Positions 1-11,317 of a DNA stretch of 64,000 nucleotides are shown here, piece by piece. Both the position numbers and the translations under genes were made by a program. The notes under the pieces are model-generated. The model ran no database searches. It saw only the letters and a program-made list of their open reading frames with translations, and was not told the DNA's origin. The stretch's first letter is position 1. The number at the start of each line of letters is the position of its first letter. This DNA is from Paraspadella gotoi (lineage: Eukaryota > Animalia > Chaetognatha): NCBI GenBank assembly GCA_051294375.1, contig CM119268.1:15501103-15565102 (forward strand), read 5' to 3'.

Positions 1-505
1 GCGGATGGGGAGAAAGTGCTGGGGGGAAAACAAAAGACAAAGTGTGAATGAGTACAGAAATGAAAAAAGCCGATGTGTTAATCTTATTTTTAATTTTGTA
101 AGACAACAACTCGATCTAAAAACTTTGCTTGGAAAAGTATGAGTTACATATGCATGCCCGATACCCATTGCCAGCCACACCCCTTCCCATTTCCTGTAAA
201 CAACCACATCCCAGACCCATTCCCAATATTCTACCTATATCTAATCAACATATTTGCTTATAAAATATACATATATACATAAAGATTATCCGCATCTACA
301 ACTCTATCCGCCGACCATCCACCCCATCCACAAACCTCCACCCCTTCAATCCATCCCCCCAACATAACCCCCTCCACCCCTTCCCTCAACCACCACCCCA
401 TCCCGCAACCACCACCCCATCCACCCCAACCACCACCCCACCACCCCATCCTCCCCAATCGTCGCAGCGGAAACAATTTTTTTGGTCGAACGAATCAGGA
501 TTTAC

Positions 506-541
506 CTGAACCGTGAAAAGACGCCGTCCAGCGAAGTAGGA
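506..541 (-). other. Possible 36-nt exon of a minus-strand gene continuing out of the left edge of the window
   Basis: On the - strand, acceptor ...gatttcag| and donor CAG|gtaaat bracket 36 nt. Further minus-strand donor-like sites (GAG|gtaaga near 910, TCG|gtaaga near 1160) lie upstream. No recognisable protein. Confidence 0.25.
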
Positions 542-1227
542 CTGAAATCGACGGAAAACGGAGAAGCTTTTAGATCTGAGGACGATTTTTAACCTTTCAA
601 ACGTTTAATTTTGGTCTTTTTTTCTGTAGTAGGGAATTTTCTTACGTACATATTGTCAGTTCGACGGACAACGACAAGAGGGAGGGTCCAATGTTGAGCT
701 CTGGTCAAATAAAATTTAATGCAAAGGTCATTTCTTTGAAAAACATTAATTTGACCGTAAAGCTTCGAAATGGCCATTGAAGTCGACCCGCTCTCGTCCC
801 AGACCCTCGATAAGACTGACTAGCTACATCCCTCGCCCTTGTCACCCCTTGTCTCCTGAACCGCAACTCGCTACTTCCTTAAACATGATCCGTCTCTCGC
901 GCGTCTCTTACCTCAGTCCTCACCAACGAAATTCGTCCAAAGACCAAAAATCCTCTGAGAGTCAATCATCAATCTAAGGAGTCGAGGGAAGGTGGCGCTC
1001 GTCGTCGTCGTCGTCGTCGTTATCATTCTTGCTAACCTAATGAATATTAAGTATTCTTTATCTATGCAGTTATCACGTGATGAGTGATCAATACGAAATG
1101 TAATATCGATGGAACCTTAGAATCCTTAGGGATTCTTAACAACATTTCAATTAAAATCTTACCGAAATGAGGGCCTCTTCAATGTTGACCCTTCTTTAGT
1201 CTTTCTGGCTCTCTGTGTCTCCCTTTT

Positions 1228-1356
<129 letters not shown>

Positions 1357-2335
1357 CCACCCCACTTTTCCTTCCGATCACGACTCTTCCCGCGTTGCCA
1401 TCGGGCTTCCAGACGGGCGACCCTCGTTTCGGCAAGAAAGAAAAAAAAAGATCTAATTCCTTTTGTCCAGATTCTGGACGTGGAATCGTTTGCGGGTCGC
1501 GCGCGAGGTCTCCACATTCAGCGAGGATCCTCGACCATTGAGGACGAGATTGATGACGAGAAAGGCGAGGGATGACGAGGACGACGATAACGACGAAGGA
1601 CCGAGAGAAGAGGGACAACACAGATGTGGATTACGACGACGACGACGACGAAAAAAAGCGTCAATGTCTGAAAACTGAGAAAAGTAAATCTATTTTCAAG
1701 ATTTTTTTTTTGAAATGACGACAACGGCGCGAAATTTCTCCAATTTGGCAAAGACGACGTAGATGACGACAAAGACCATAATGTCCGGAGAATCTCATTT
1801 CGATCCACCGAGGACGCCTCGACGCAACCTTCACCCCGTCCACCAGCTCCACCTCCCCCCCCCACAGCCTACCAAAGTTCCTCTGGTTCCTCCTTCAATG
1901 TGGCCCAAGATAATTCAGGCGCCACTTATCAGCTCCACAAATCACTCCTCCTCTTAACGACCACCGGGGTGGGAGAGAGGGAGAGAGAGAGAGAGAGAGG
2001 GGTAAGTCTTTGGAGGAGAAAGAAAAAGGAGGAGGGGGCGGGGGGTTTGTGACTCAGGTGGACCTCGAATGGATGACCGCCGGGGGCTCTAAGCGCGGTC
2101 CCCCTTCTCCTCCCCCACATCTTTTAGTCTTTCTTTGCCGCGAACCACGAGACCGGGAGAAGGTGGCGCATTGTTGTCCTCTTCGTCATCGTCATCGCTT
2201 TTGTCGTCTCAGGCGTTATTATCTTGGAAAAGATTTGAAAAATTAAACTTAAACGTCGTCCTTTTTAAATTGTTCTTGACTTTGAAATACATTTCATGTA
2301 ACAGGTGAATGGAATATGTATCAGTTAAATCGAAT

Positions 2336-2382
<47 letters not shown>

Positions 2383-3016
2383 CCACGTCTCGTGATTGGG
2401 TCGTCATTAGTGTCGTTGTTCGTCCAACGTCTTTTGTTTGTGAAGTCGAGTCAAATCACGTGACTCTTTTGCAGTGTGAGGTCAAAGATCGCGCGAGAGA
2501 GTCTCTTTGTTGGCGACGTGATTAGCGGCGTTCAAACTATTGATCAAATCTAATCGGAACCGCACATTTAAAGAATTTACCTGTTCACAAAATTATAATT
2601 ATGCAATCTACATATTGCGTTAACACAACTAACTTTAGCTGTTTCTACGTTAAAATAGGATTCCTGATCAATTCGTGAGAGCGAACGTTCAAATTCATGA
2701 TCCGCATTTGCCACCACGGGTCTCATATTTGCCCGTAAAATCTGAAAACATGACAAAGACCCGCGAAGGAAAAGAAAAGTTAAATGTCAGGCGCATATTC
2801 TCGTCTCTCTCTCCCTCTCTCTCGTTTGTGACATTCGATTTTATGACCCTTCCCTTGAATGGCGCTTCCTTTGTGGCGTGAAGGTCATTTCGGGACCCGA
2901 GACGCAGAAAGTCGCGTCGGTTACCGTAGGTGGCGCGGGTGACGGAGTTCAAATTCGAACCTTCATATTTTTATTTTTAACGGCGCATTATTTAACCTAA
3001 TTTTCGCATTCTTTGC

Positions 3017-3127
<111 letters not shown>

Positions 3128-3404
3128 AAATTTCCAAATGGTTTTATATGTCTTATTTCATTCTTATTAGTTTATTTTGGCGTTTAGATTTATTTAGTTT
3201 ATGACAGTTACACTGAGTTGTAACTAAGTGTTAACATCCCGAAAATGGACCAAGTCGAAAATTGTTCTCCGCATGGAACCGATGATCAATTTTTGGGTGA
3301 CCGACATGGAAATTCGGCCACCAGCCTCACTGCGGGGGTTCCATGAGAGAGAAAGCAATGATTGTCCCGGAATGATTGGATCGCTGATGGGGACGAAGAC
3401 GAAT

Positions 3405-3512
<108 letters not shown>

Positions 3513-4065
3513 AAAAAAATCAATTGACTTAAAAATTAAATACTTAATATGGCAAAAAATACAACATTCAAAAAGAATTTTAGAATGAATGACTTGATTT
3601 TATTTCGCTTAAATATTGTTTACGGAAATGAATCAATCGAAAAATATTTATTTACAGGAGTGTACAGTCATCGATCGATCGGGAACTTTTAGTCGAAAAG
3701 TTTTCGCAATCACGATTTATTCACACGAATCAAATTTTGATAAAAATCAACAGCGAAAATCTTCACTACGTATGTTCATTGTTTTCAATTCGCGTAGCGC
3801 GGTATTGAAGATATTTGATATTTACAAATTACAACACTTTTCCTATTGCGTCCACAATGTGACGTTAAAGCGTAGAACAAATACTTAATATTTACGTCTT
3901 AACTCATTTTTTTTTTCATGGCATTCGAAAATCAGGAATGAGTCAGCTCCAGCTCCATCTCTCTGTCTCATCCTCCTCATTCCCCAATTCCTCAATCATC
4001 TTTTCCTGTTCTTACCTTTGTCAATACTTTCCTAATTCCTTTATTTTGATTGATTTATTGATTGA

Positions 4066-4278
<213 letters not shown>

Positions 4279-4445
4279 TGATAACATAAATAATTCAGGA
4301 GAAAATGAAGTAGCAAAACAATATTTAACCTATTTATATATTTACGTTGTTATTGTCTTCCTCTTGAATTCTTTTTTTTCCCTCCTTCACTCCACACTAC
4401 TACATATTACTCTCCGCATCTCCACACTTTTCTCTCTCCTTCTCT

Positions 4446-5658
4446 TCACGTCCTCTCCTCGTTCCATCTCCGATCAATCTCCCTCCTCGTCTTCTCCCTC
4501 TCGTCGTCGTCTTCGTCGTCGTCGTCGTCGCCCTCTTCGTCTTCGCCGGTTCTCAGTAGAAACAGAACTCCGGTGACGATGTAGACGAGGATGGTGAAGA
4601 AGGCGAGGTAACAGGTCCACCCGATCTCGTAACTCGCGTTGCCAAGCTGCTTCCATCTGATTGGTGAAAAGGGAAATCTTTACCGCTATGAATCTTCATG
4701 TCCTTTTTTTTTTTAAATAATAACAGAAAAAAAAAACTACGACAAAAAAAAAATTAAAAAACTAAAAAAAAAATGAATTACGAAGTTTTAAAAAAAATTA
4801 ATAAATTGTACATTTTTACAAAATATTACGAAGAAATATAAACAAATAAATCGAGGTAAAATAAAAAAGTGAACGAACCTCTTAAGGATAATGTCCATGA
4901 ACTCCAGCTTGATGACGGTACACCAAATGCCGACGACGATGAGGTTGAAGAGGGCGATAGTTAGAAACACCAAGGCCACGGCGAATCGCCCTCTGAGTAT
5001 TAATTAATAGCAACATTTATTGGTAAATGATTAAAAATAAACAAACGGTTCGAGACAACCATTTCTAACCTCTTCCCGTATTTGTTGAATCGATCTGTCA
5101 TCGACTGACAACAGCCCAAGATGATCCCGACCAAGCTGAGCGCGAGACCGCAGGCAGAGAAGAACTGACAGGTGATGAGCCATCGCGGCGCCTGCACCCG
5201 CGTCCAGTAGTCCGTCGAATCCTCGGGGATCTTTTCGAACTCTGGGATGCTCAGAAAACACCAGGGGATTTCCTGAGAAGTGAGGAGAAAAGTCGTTCAA
5301 AAAATGCCGACGTTTTTCTCGAGTTAATTTGTCATTTGACAAAAATGTTCTTTGGCCAGTATATGAAACCAAGCTGCACGCCAATCTTGGTCTTGGGTTG
5401 TGGTCAGTAAACGTTTATTCATTCATAATTACAGCCAGATTACCAATCCGTTCGTGTCAGATTTGCTTCCCGGAGAATTTTCGCTCTCACCTTCTTGCAG
5501 ACGTAAAAAATTCCGAAATTCATGATCTGTCCCCTGAATTGTCCGGTCCCCACGTTGACGCCCCAAAAGGGCGTGATTGATGTCACGAAGTTCAACAAAA
5601 GCCCCAGCGACATCCCGATCACTCGCCATAGCAAAATGCAGGCGTCACGATCCGCCAT
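4446..5658 (-). CDS. Claudin/PMP22/EMP-superfamily tetraspan membrane protein, ~231 aa, acidic C-terminal tail
   Basis: Exons complement(5491-5658, 5070-5272, 4879-4992, 4446-4656), all GT-AG with consistent phases 0/2/2. Protein: TM1 followed by W...NFGIFYVC...PWC (claudin W-GLW-C-C-like loop), PRWLITCQFF plus TM2, TM3, then YEIGWTCYLAFF before TM4, and a D/E-rich tail. Confidence 0.8.
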
Positions 5659-5989
5659 TTTTTTTTTTAAACAAAAATCAGAGTTGGAGGAGGCTTGGCG
5701 AATTTTATTTTTTTTATAATCGTTCGCACATGCAATTTTAAATTACCAATGTGCTGTTTTCGTTACATAAATTGAAACAACGCTGTTGCTTTCAATTTGA
5801 CAAAGTAAACAAATTGAAACTTAAAATTTAAGTTTGTATAGACTTTTTAGAAGTTTTTGAAATTTTTAAAAGCTGAGAGAATGCGAAGAGGTGCTGCTTC
5901 ACAACGGACGAAGCGAATCTCGAGAGGGGACGATTATCTTATCAGGATTCGAGAAAAAAAATAAGGAATGGAAGACGAGGGGCTTGGGA

Positions 5990-8160
5990 TTCGGGGCAAA
6001 GTCCGACTGGAATGGAAGAAGGAAGTGTGAGAGGGGAGAAGTGGGAAGTGTGAGAAGGGGGAGGTGGGAAGTGCGAGAGGGAGGAAGTGTGAGAGGGTGG
6101 TATGGGGGAGCAGAATAGTGGGAGAGAAGATAGAGGAAAAATAATAAACGATCTTCAGATGAGGGCAAAGTCCGACTAGAATGGAATTAGGAAGTATGAG
6201 ATGGGGAAGTGGAAAGTGTGAAAGGGGGAAGTGGGAAGCGTGAGAGGGCGAGGAGCAAAAAGCGGGAGAGAAGAATAAGGAAAATAATAAAGGTCTTCAG
6301 ATAGGGGCAAAGTCCGACTAGAATGGAATTAGGAAGTATGAGATGGGGGAAGTGGAAAGTGTGAAAGGGGGGAAGTGGGAAGCGTGAGAGGGGGGAGCAA
6401 AAAGCGGGAGAGAAGAATGAGGAAAATAATAAAGGTCTTCAGATAGGGCCAAAGTCCGACTAGAATGGAATTAGGAATGTATGAGTGGGGAAGTGGAAAG
6501 TGTGAAGGAGGGGGAAGAAGGGGAAGCGGTGAGAGGGGGGAGCAAAAGCGGGAGAGAAGTATGAGGAAAATAATAAAGTCTTCAGATAGAGGGCAAAGTC
6601 CGACCTAGAATGGAATTTAGGAAGTTATGAGATGGGTGAATGAATAGTGCTGAAAGGGGGAAGGGAAGCGTGAGAGGGGGGGACACAAATAGCGTGGAGA
6701 GAGATATGAGAAATTAATAAGAAAGGTCTTCAGATAGGGGAAAGTCCGACTAGAATGGAATAGGAAGTATGAGATGGGGAAGTGGAAGTGTGAAAGGGGG
6801 GAAGTGGGAAAGCTCGAGAGGGGGAGCAAAAAGCGGGAGAAGAATAGGAAATAGAAAGGTCTTCAGATAGGGAAAGTCCGACTAAGAATGGAAATTAGGA
6901 AGTATGAGATGGGGGAAGTGGAAAGTGTGAAAGGGGGAAGTGGAAGCGTGAGAGTGGAGGAAAAAAGCGGGGAGAGAGGAATAAGGAAAATAATAAAGGT
7001 CTTCAGATATGGGCAAAGTCCGACTAGAATGGAATTAGGAAGTATGAGATGGGGGAAGTGAAAGGGGGGAAGTGGGAAGCGTGAGAGGAGGGAGCAAAAA
7101 GCGGGAGAGAAGAATAAGGAAAATAATAAAGGTCTTCAGATAGGGGCAAAGTCCGACTAGAATGGAATTAGAAGTATGAGATGGGGGAAGTGGAAAGTGT
7201 GAAGAGGGGGGAAGTGGGAAGCGTGAGAGGGGGGAATGCAAAAAGCGCGGAGAGAAGAATAAAGGAAAATAATAAAGATCTTCAAGATAGGGCCAAAGTC
7301 CGACTTAGAATGGAATTAGGAAGTTATGAGATGGGGAAGGTGGAAAGTGTGAAGAGGGGGGAAGTGGGAAGCGGTGAGAGGGGGAAGCAAAAGCGGAGAG
7401 AGAAGAATGAGGAAAATAATAAAGGTTCTTCAGATAGGAGCCAAAGTCCGACTAGAATGGAATTAGGAATGTATGAGATGGGGAAGTGGAAAGTTGAAAG
7501 GGAAAGAGGGGTAAGCGTGAGAGGGGGGAACAAATAGTGGGAGAAATATGAGGAAAATTAATAAGAATCTTCAGATAGAGGGCAAAGTCCGGACCTAGAA
7601 TGGAATTAGGAAGTATGAGATGGGAAGTGGGAAGTGATGAAAGGGGGGAATTGGGAAGCGTGAGAGGGGGAGCAAAAAGCGGGAGAAGAATGAGGAAATA
7701 AGAAAGGTCTTCAGATAGGGAAAAATCCGAACTGAAGAAGGAATTAGGAAGTATTGAGATGGGGGAAGTGGAAGTGTGAAAGGGGGAAGTGGGAAAGCGT
7801 CGAGAGGGGGAGCAAAAAGCGGGAGAGGAATAAGGAAAATAATAAAGGTCTTCAGATATGGGCAAAGTCCGACTAGAATGGAATTAGGAAGTATGAGATG
7901 GGGGAAGTGAAAGTGTGAAAGGGGAAGTGGAAGCGTGAGAGGATTGAGCAAAAAGCGGAGAGAAAGAATAAGGAAAATAATAAAGGTCTTCAGATAGGGG
8001 CAAAGTCCGACTAGAATGGAATTAGGATGTATGAGATGGGGGAAGTGGAAAGTGGTGAAAGGGGGGAAGTGGGAAGCGTGAGAGGGGGGAGCAAAAAGCG
8101 GGAGAGAAGAATGAGGAAAATAATAAAGATCTTCAGATAGGGGAAAAATCCGACTTGAAT
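5990..8160. repeat. Tandem minisatellite, ~140-bp unit, ~15-16 copies, purine/G-rich + strand
   Basis: The core CTTCAGATAGGGGCAAAGTCCGACTAGAATGGAATTAGGAAGTATGAGATGGGGGAAGTGG recurs at ~140-bp spacing. (G)TCCGACT occurs near 6001, 6170, 6312, 6454, 6598, 6744, 6876, 7018, 7151, 7298, 7447, 7587, 7727, 7867, 8005 and 8149. Confidence 0.95.
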
Positions 8161-9180
8161 GTGATAAGGGGGGGGGGGAACCGGAGCGGCTTCGAATGTA
8201 GGATAAGTTATGCATGATTTGATTTGGCTTAAGTTAAAAATTGAATGTACTTTGTCTATAAGTAAAATGAGAGGAAACAGAATGTTACCGTCAAGTTTTG
8301 GGGAATGCCCACTATGATCTGGTTTTCTAGAGAGAAAAGTGGAAGCGAAAATTTTCGAATTTAAAAAAGAACTCTGAATGAAAAGGAACATAGAATTGGG
8401 AAATAGTCGTGTAACGATTTTAATAAAGCTAAGAACGCGTTAAGTATATATATATATATCGATCTCTTTCTCTTATATAAAATATGCGTAAAAATGAATG
8501 GTTGTATTTATTTTGTTATTCATGTTATGATTTCGTTGTGCAGCAATTTTCTTTCTTATGCCTCTTTTTTTATCGCGATAATAACTCGATTTCTTCTTTC
8601 TTATCAAAAGTTCATGGATTATATTTATAATATGAATTAGTTTTTCACAGTCATCTGTAATGAAGATCTATTATTAACCTCGATTTCTTGTATTTCACGG
8701 CATATTTTCGTTTGTCTTACCGGAAGTGAAAGATTATTTCTGCCTTTCGGCCTGCAAAAATTACTCAATTCTCTTTCGTTTCTTTTCAACACTTTATTTT
8801 TCCTCGAAACTTTTTTATGATAATCACGAATGCGATATCGTAAGAAGCTCAGCAAATTACAGGAACATAATCATGAAAACCGGTTCCCTTTTATTTCGAA
8901 AAACTACCTTTATTAGGAGTTGCTGAGTCAAAACTCGATCTGACTGCTTGTTGCTGGGTATCGCGTGACTCGAGCCCATCCCTTCCAACGCCAACAATTC
9001 CTTTCGTCGAAAATCTAAAAAAAAAAAATAAATACGGAAAATGATCATTCTTTAATTTTTTTTTTTTTTTTTTTAATACTGTTCACAATTTCGTCGAAAA
9101 GAACGGACGAAAAAGTTTTAAAAACGAGAGTTTTTTTTTCTAAACCCAAAGTGGACTTGCCCTAAATTAAAAAAAAAACC

Positions 9181-10384
9181 ATGTTCATCATTCATGTCGA
9201 GTCTTCTTCGGTGCCCGGACCGCCAGGTTTAAAGATGATCTCGTTTGATTATTTCAAACTTTTTAAAACAAAAATAATTGGAAATTCAAAATTTCAGGAA
9301 TGGAGGATACGGCGATCAGATTCGACAAATCCTACTTAAAAACATTGGATTTCGGTTTAAAAATTTGCGTCATAGTGAGTCGTTAAGCGATAAAGATTTG
9401 TTTTTATTAACTTAATATAATTTGTTTTTTTTCCTGCAGATCGCCTGCATCGTCGGAGCCATTTGCTCTGAAATTTCCATGAACACCACCTCGGGCTACT
9501 ACGAGTTCCACGCCTACACTGGACTAATTATGACGACCTGGCTTCTCATTCTCTACCTCTTCCGTTTTGTCTACAAGATCAAAATCCCGTGGTTCATCAT
9601 GGTAATTGGAAATGTTATCATGTTCTGATTCGGCAGCAAAGGCCTCTTCCAGTTAAATATTGAGTTCAGGCCTTCAGACTTTAGGCTTCCGCCCATGTGA
9701 CGTTGTGACAAGATGCTTCAATTATCTATTATAAGTTAAAAGCGATAAATGCTTAATTCAGAGAATAAGAACGTTTTTTTTTTTGCAACTCTTCTCTTCT
9801 TGTTTTTAGTTGCGCCGCGAGTACTCGCGGAGCAACTCTATAAGGCACTTGTCGGTCGGTCGGTCGGTCCGTCGGTTTACTACTGGCGCCGCCTTTTATT
9901 TTTTTATGATAAGTAAAAAGAAAAGTAATGCGGCGCAACACCTTGGAATAACCGTTCCTTGTTTCTTTTATCTGTAGGAAGCGGTTTACTGTGGCGTAAT
10001 GGCACTTTTAAATTTAATCGGAATGATATGTATGTTCGCGGCACCATGGTACCAAAACGGATCCCAGGCTGCTTCAATAGCGGCTGGGGTAAGATTTAAA
10101 TCGCTATTCTTTCTCAATAATAAATAGGACATAAATGTATTATTTTTACTTACATGTTCGCAATATTTCCTTGTAACCTAATTCTCTCCTTCCAATTATG
10201 CCCCTCATTCCCCGTGAAGATTTTTGCCCTCTTTGCGTGCGCGTGTTATGGCGTCGACGCCGCCCGGAAGTTCCTCACGTGGCGCACCGGCGTCATCGGA
10301 CCCGGAGCGGCGCCGTCCATGACCACGACGGCCTTTAGCGACACCGGACCGAAGACGAGCTCGCCGCCTCTACCCGCCTATTAA
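9181..10384 (+). CDS. MARVEL-domain tetraspan protein (CKLF-like MARVEL/CMTM4/plasmolipin-like), ~186 aa
   Basis: Exons 9181-9226, 9298-9374, 9440-9601, 9978-10088, 10220-10384, all GT-AG and in phase; an alternative start ATG lies at 9300. Motifs FDKSYLKTLDFGLK, IPWFIMEAVYC and AAGIFALFACACYGVDA are typical MARVEL signatures, and the C-terminus ends in LPAY. Confidence 0.85.
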
Positions 10385-11317
10385 AGTGAAGATACTCTAG
10401 CGTCGGGCCGGATTGAATCTGCGATTTTGATGTAGTAACAAAAGACTGGGGAGACCATGCTTGAAGGACTGCGGGGTGTGGTCAAGGGAGAGAGGCAGGA
10501 GAATGAACTAAAATAGCGAGTATTTGCCTCTGTACATGATACAATTGTACATGTACATGTCGGCGCTTTTTTTTTCTCCAGCGTTGTTGGTTTTTACCAT
10601 TGACTAAAATATCAGGTCGATCTCGAGTTATTATTCAAATCGTGTTGGTTTTCCTTACCACAGTTGAATCTTAAATCTTAATGATATCTAGGTTCGTTTT
10701 CCGTTTCGCTTTTAATTAGTGACTCACGTCCACAATTACCACAGAGGGGATGGGAGAAATTTAGGTAACTCGGTTAAATTAAGATAATTTACGTATTATT
10801 AAATTTTACTTTTCCTTTTGCATACGAATTATTTTTAATCAAAACAAATTTACAGGCATGTTTTGATTAATACAAAAAATTATTCGTTCTTATGATATCG
10901 GTAAAAAAAAAAAAAATTTGTAAAAGATTTTATTGAGAATTGTATTCTGTATAGGCACTGTTCAAATTTTGATTTTCTCATCAGTAGATCTCGCGTTATT
11001 ATGTCCTTTTCACTTTGTTCATCTTAATAAATATATCACGTCATCCACATTTTCTTGCCTTTTTGTTTTCTATTGATTTAAAGCTTAAGAGAAAGAGAAA
11101 GATTTAAAAAAATTGACAGAACTATTAGTTAACCGTTATCCTCACCGTTCTAACTTTTTTGCTTGTCATTCGTTCCAATTGCATTCCTCATTTTTTTTCA
11201 TTTCTCGAAAGTCGCTTAACCGGAAAAGTACAGTGGTTGTAAAAAGAACGAGTTTGCTACCAGTGCGACCAGTAAAAAAATAATATAACAATTTCGTTGT
11301 ATTTTCGCATTTCTGTA

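Noticed and set aside
5990-8160. CRISPR array, or tandem hammerhead/retrozyme satellite (CTGAAGA occurs once per unit on the - strand)
   Set aside because: The entire unit repeats, with no unique spacers, in a eukaryotic context with no cas genes. No stem II or GAAA follows CTGAAGA.
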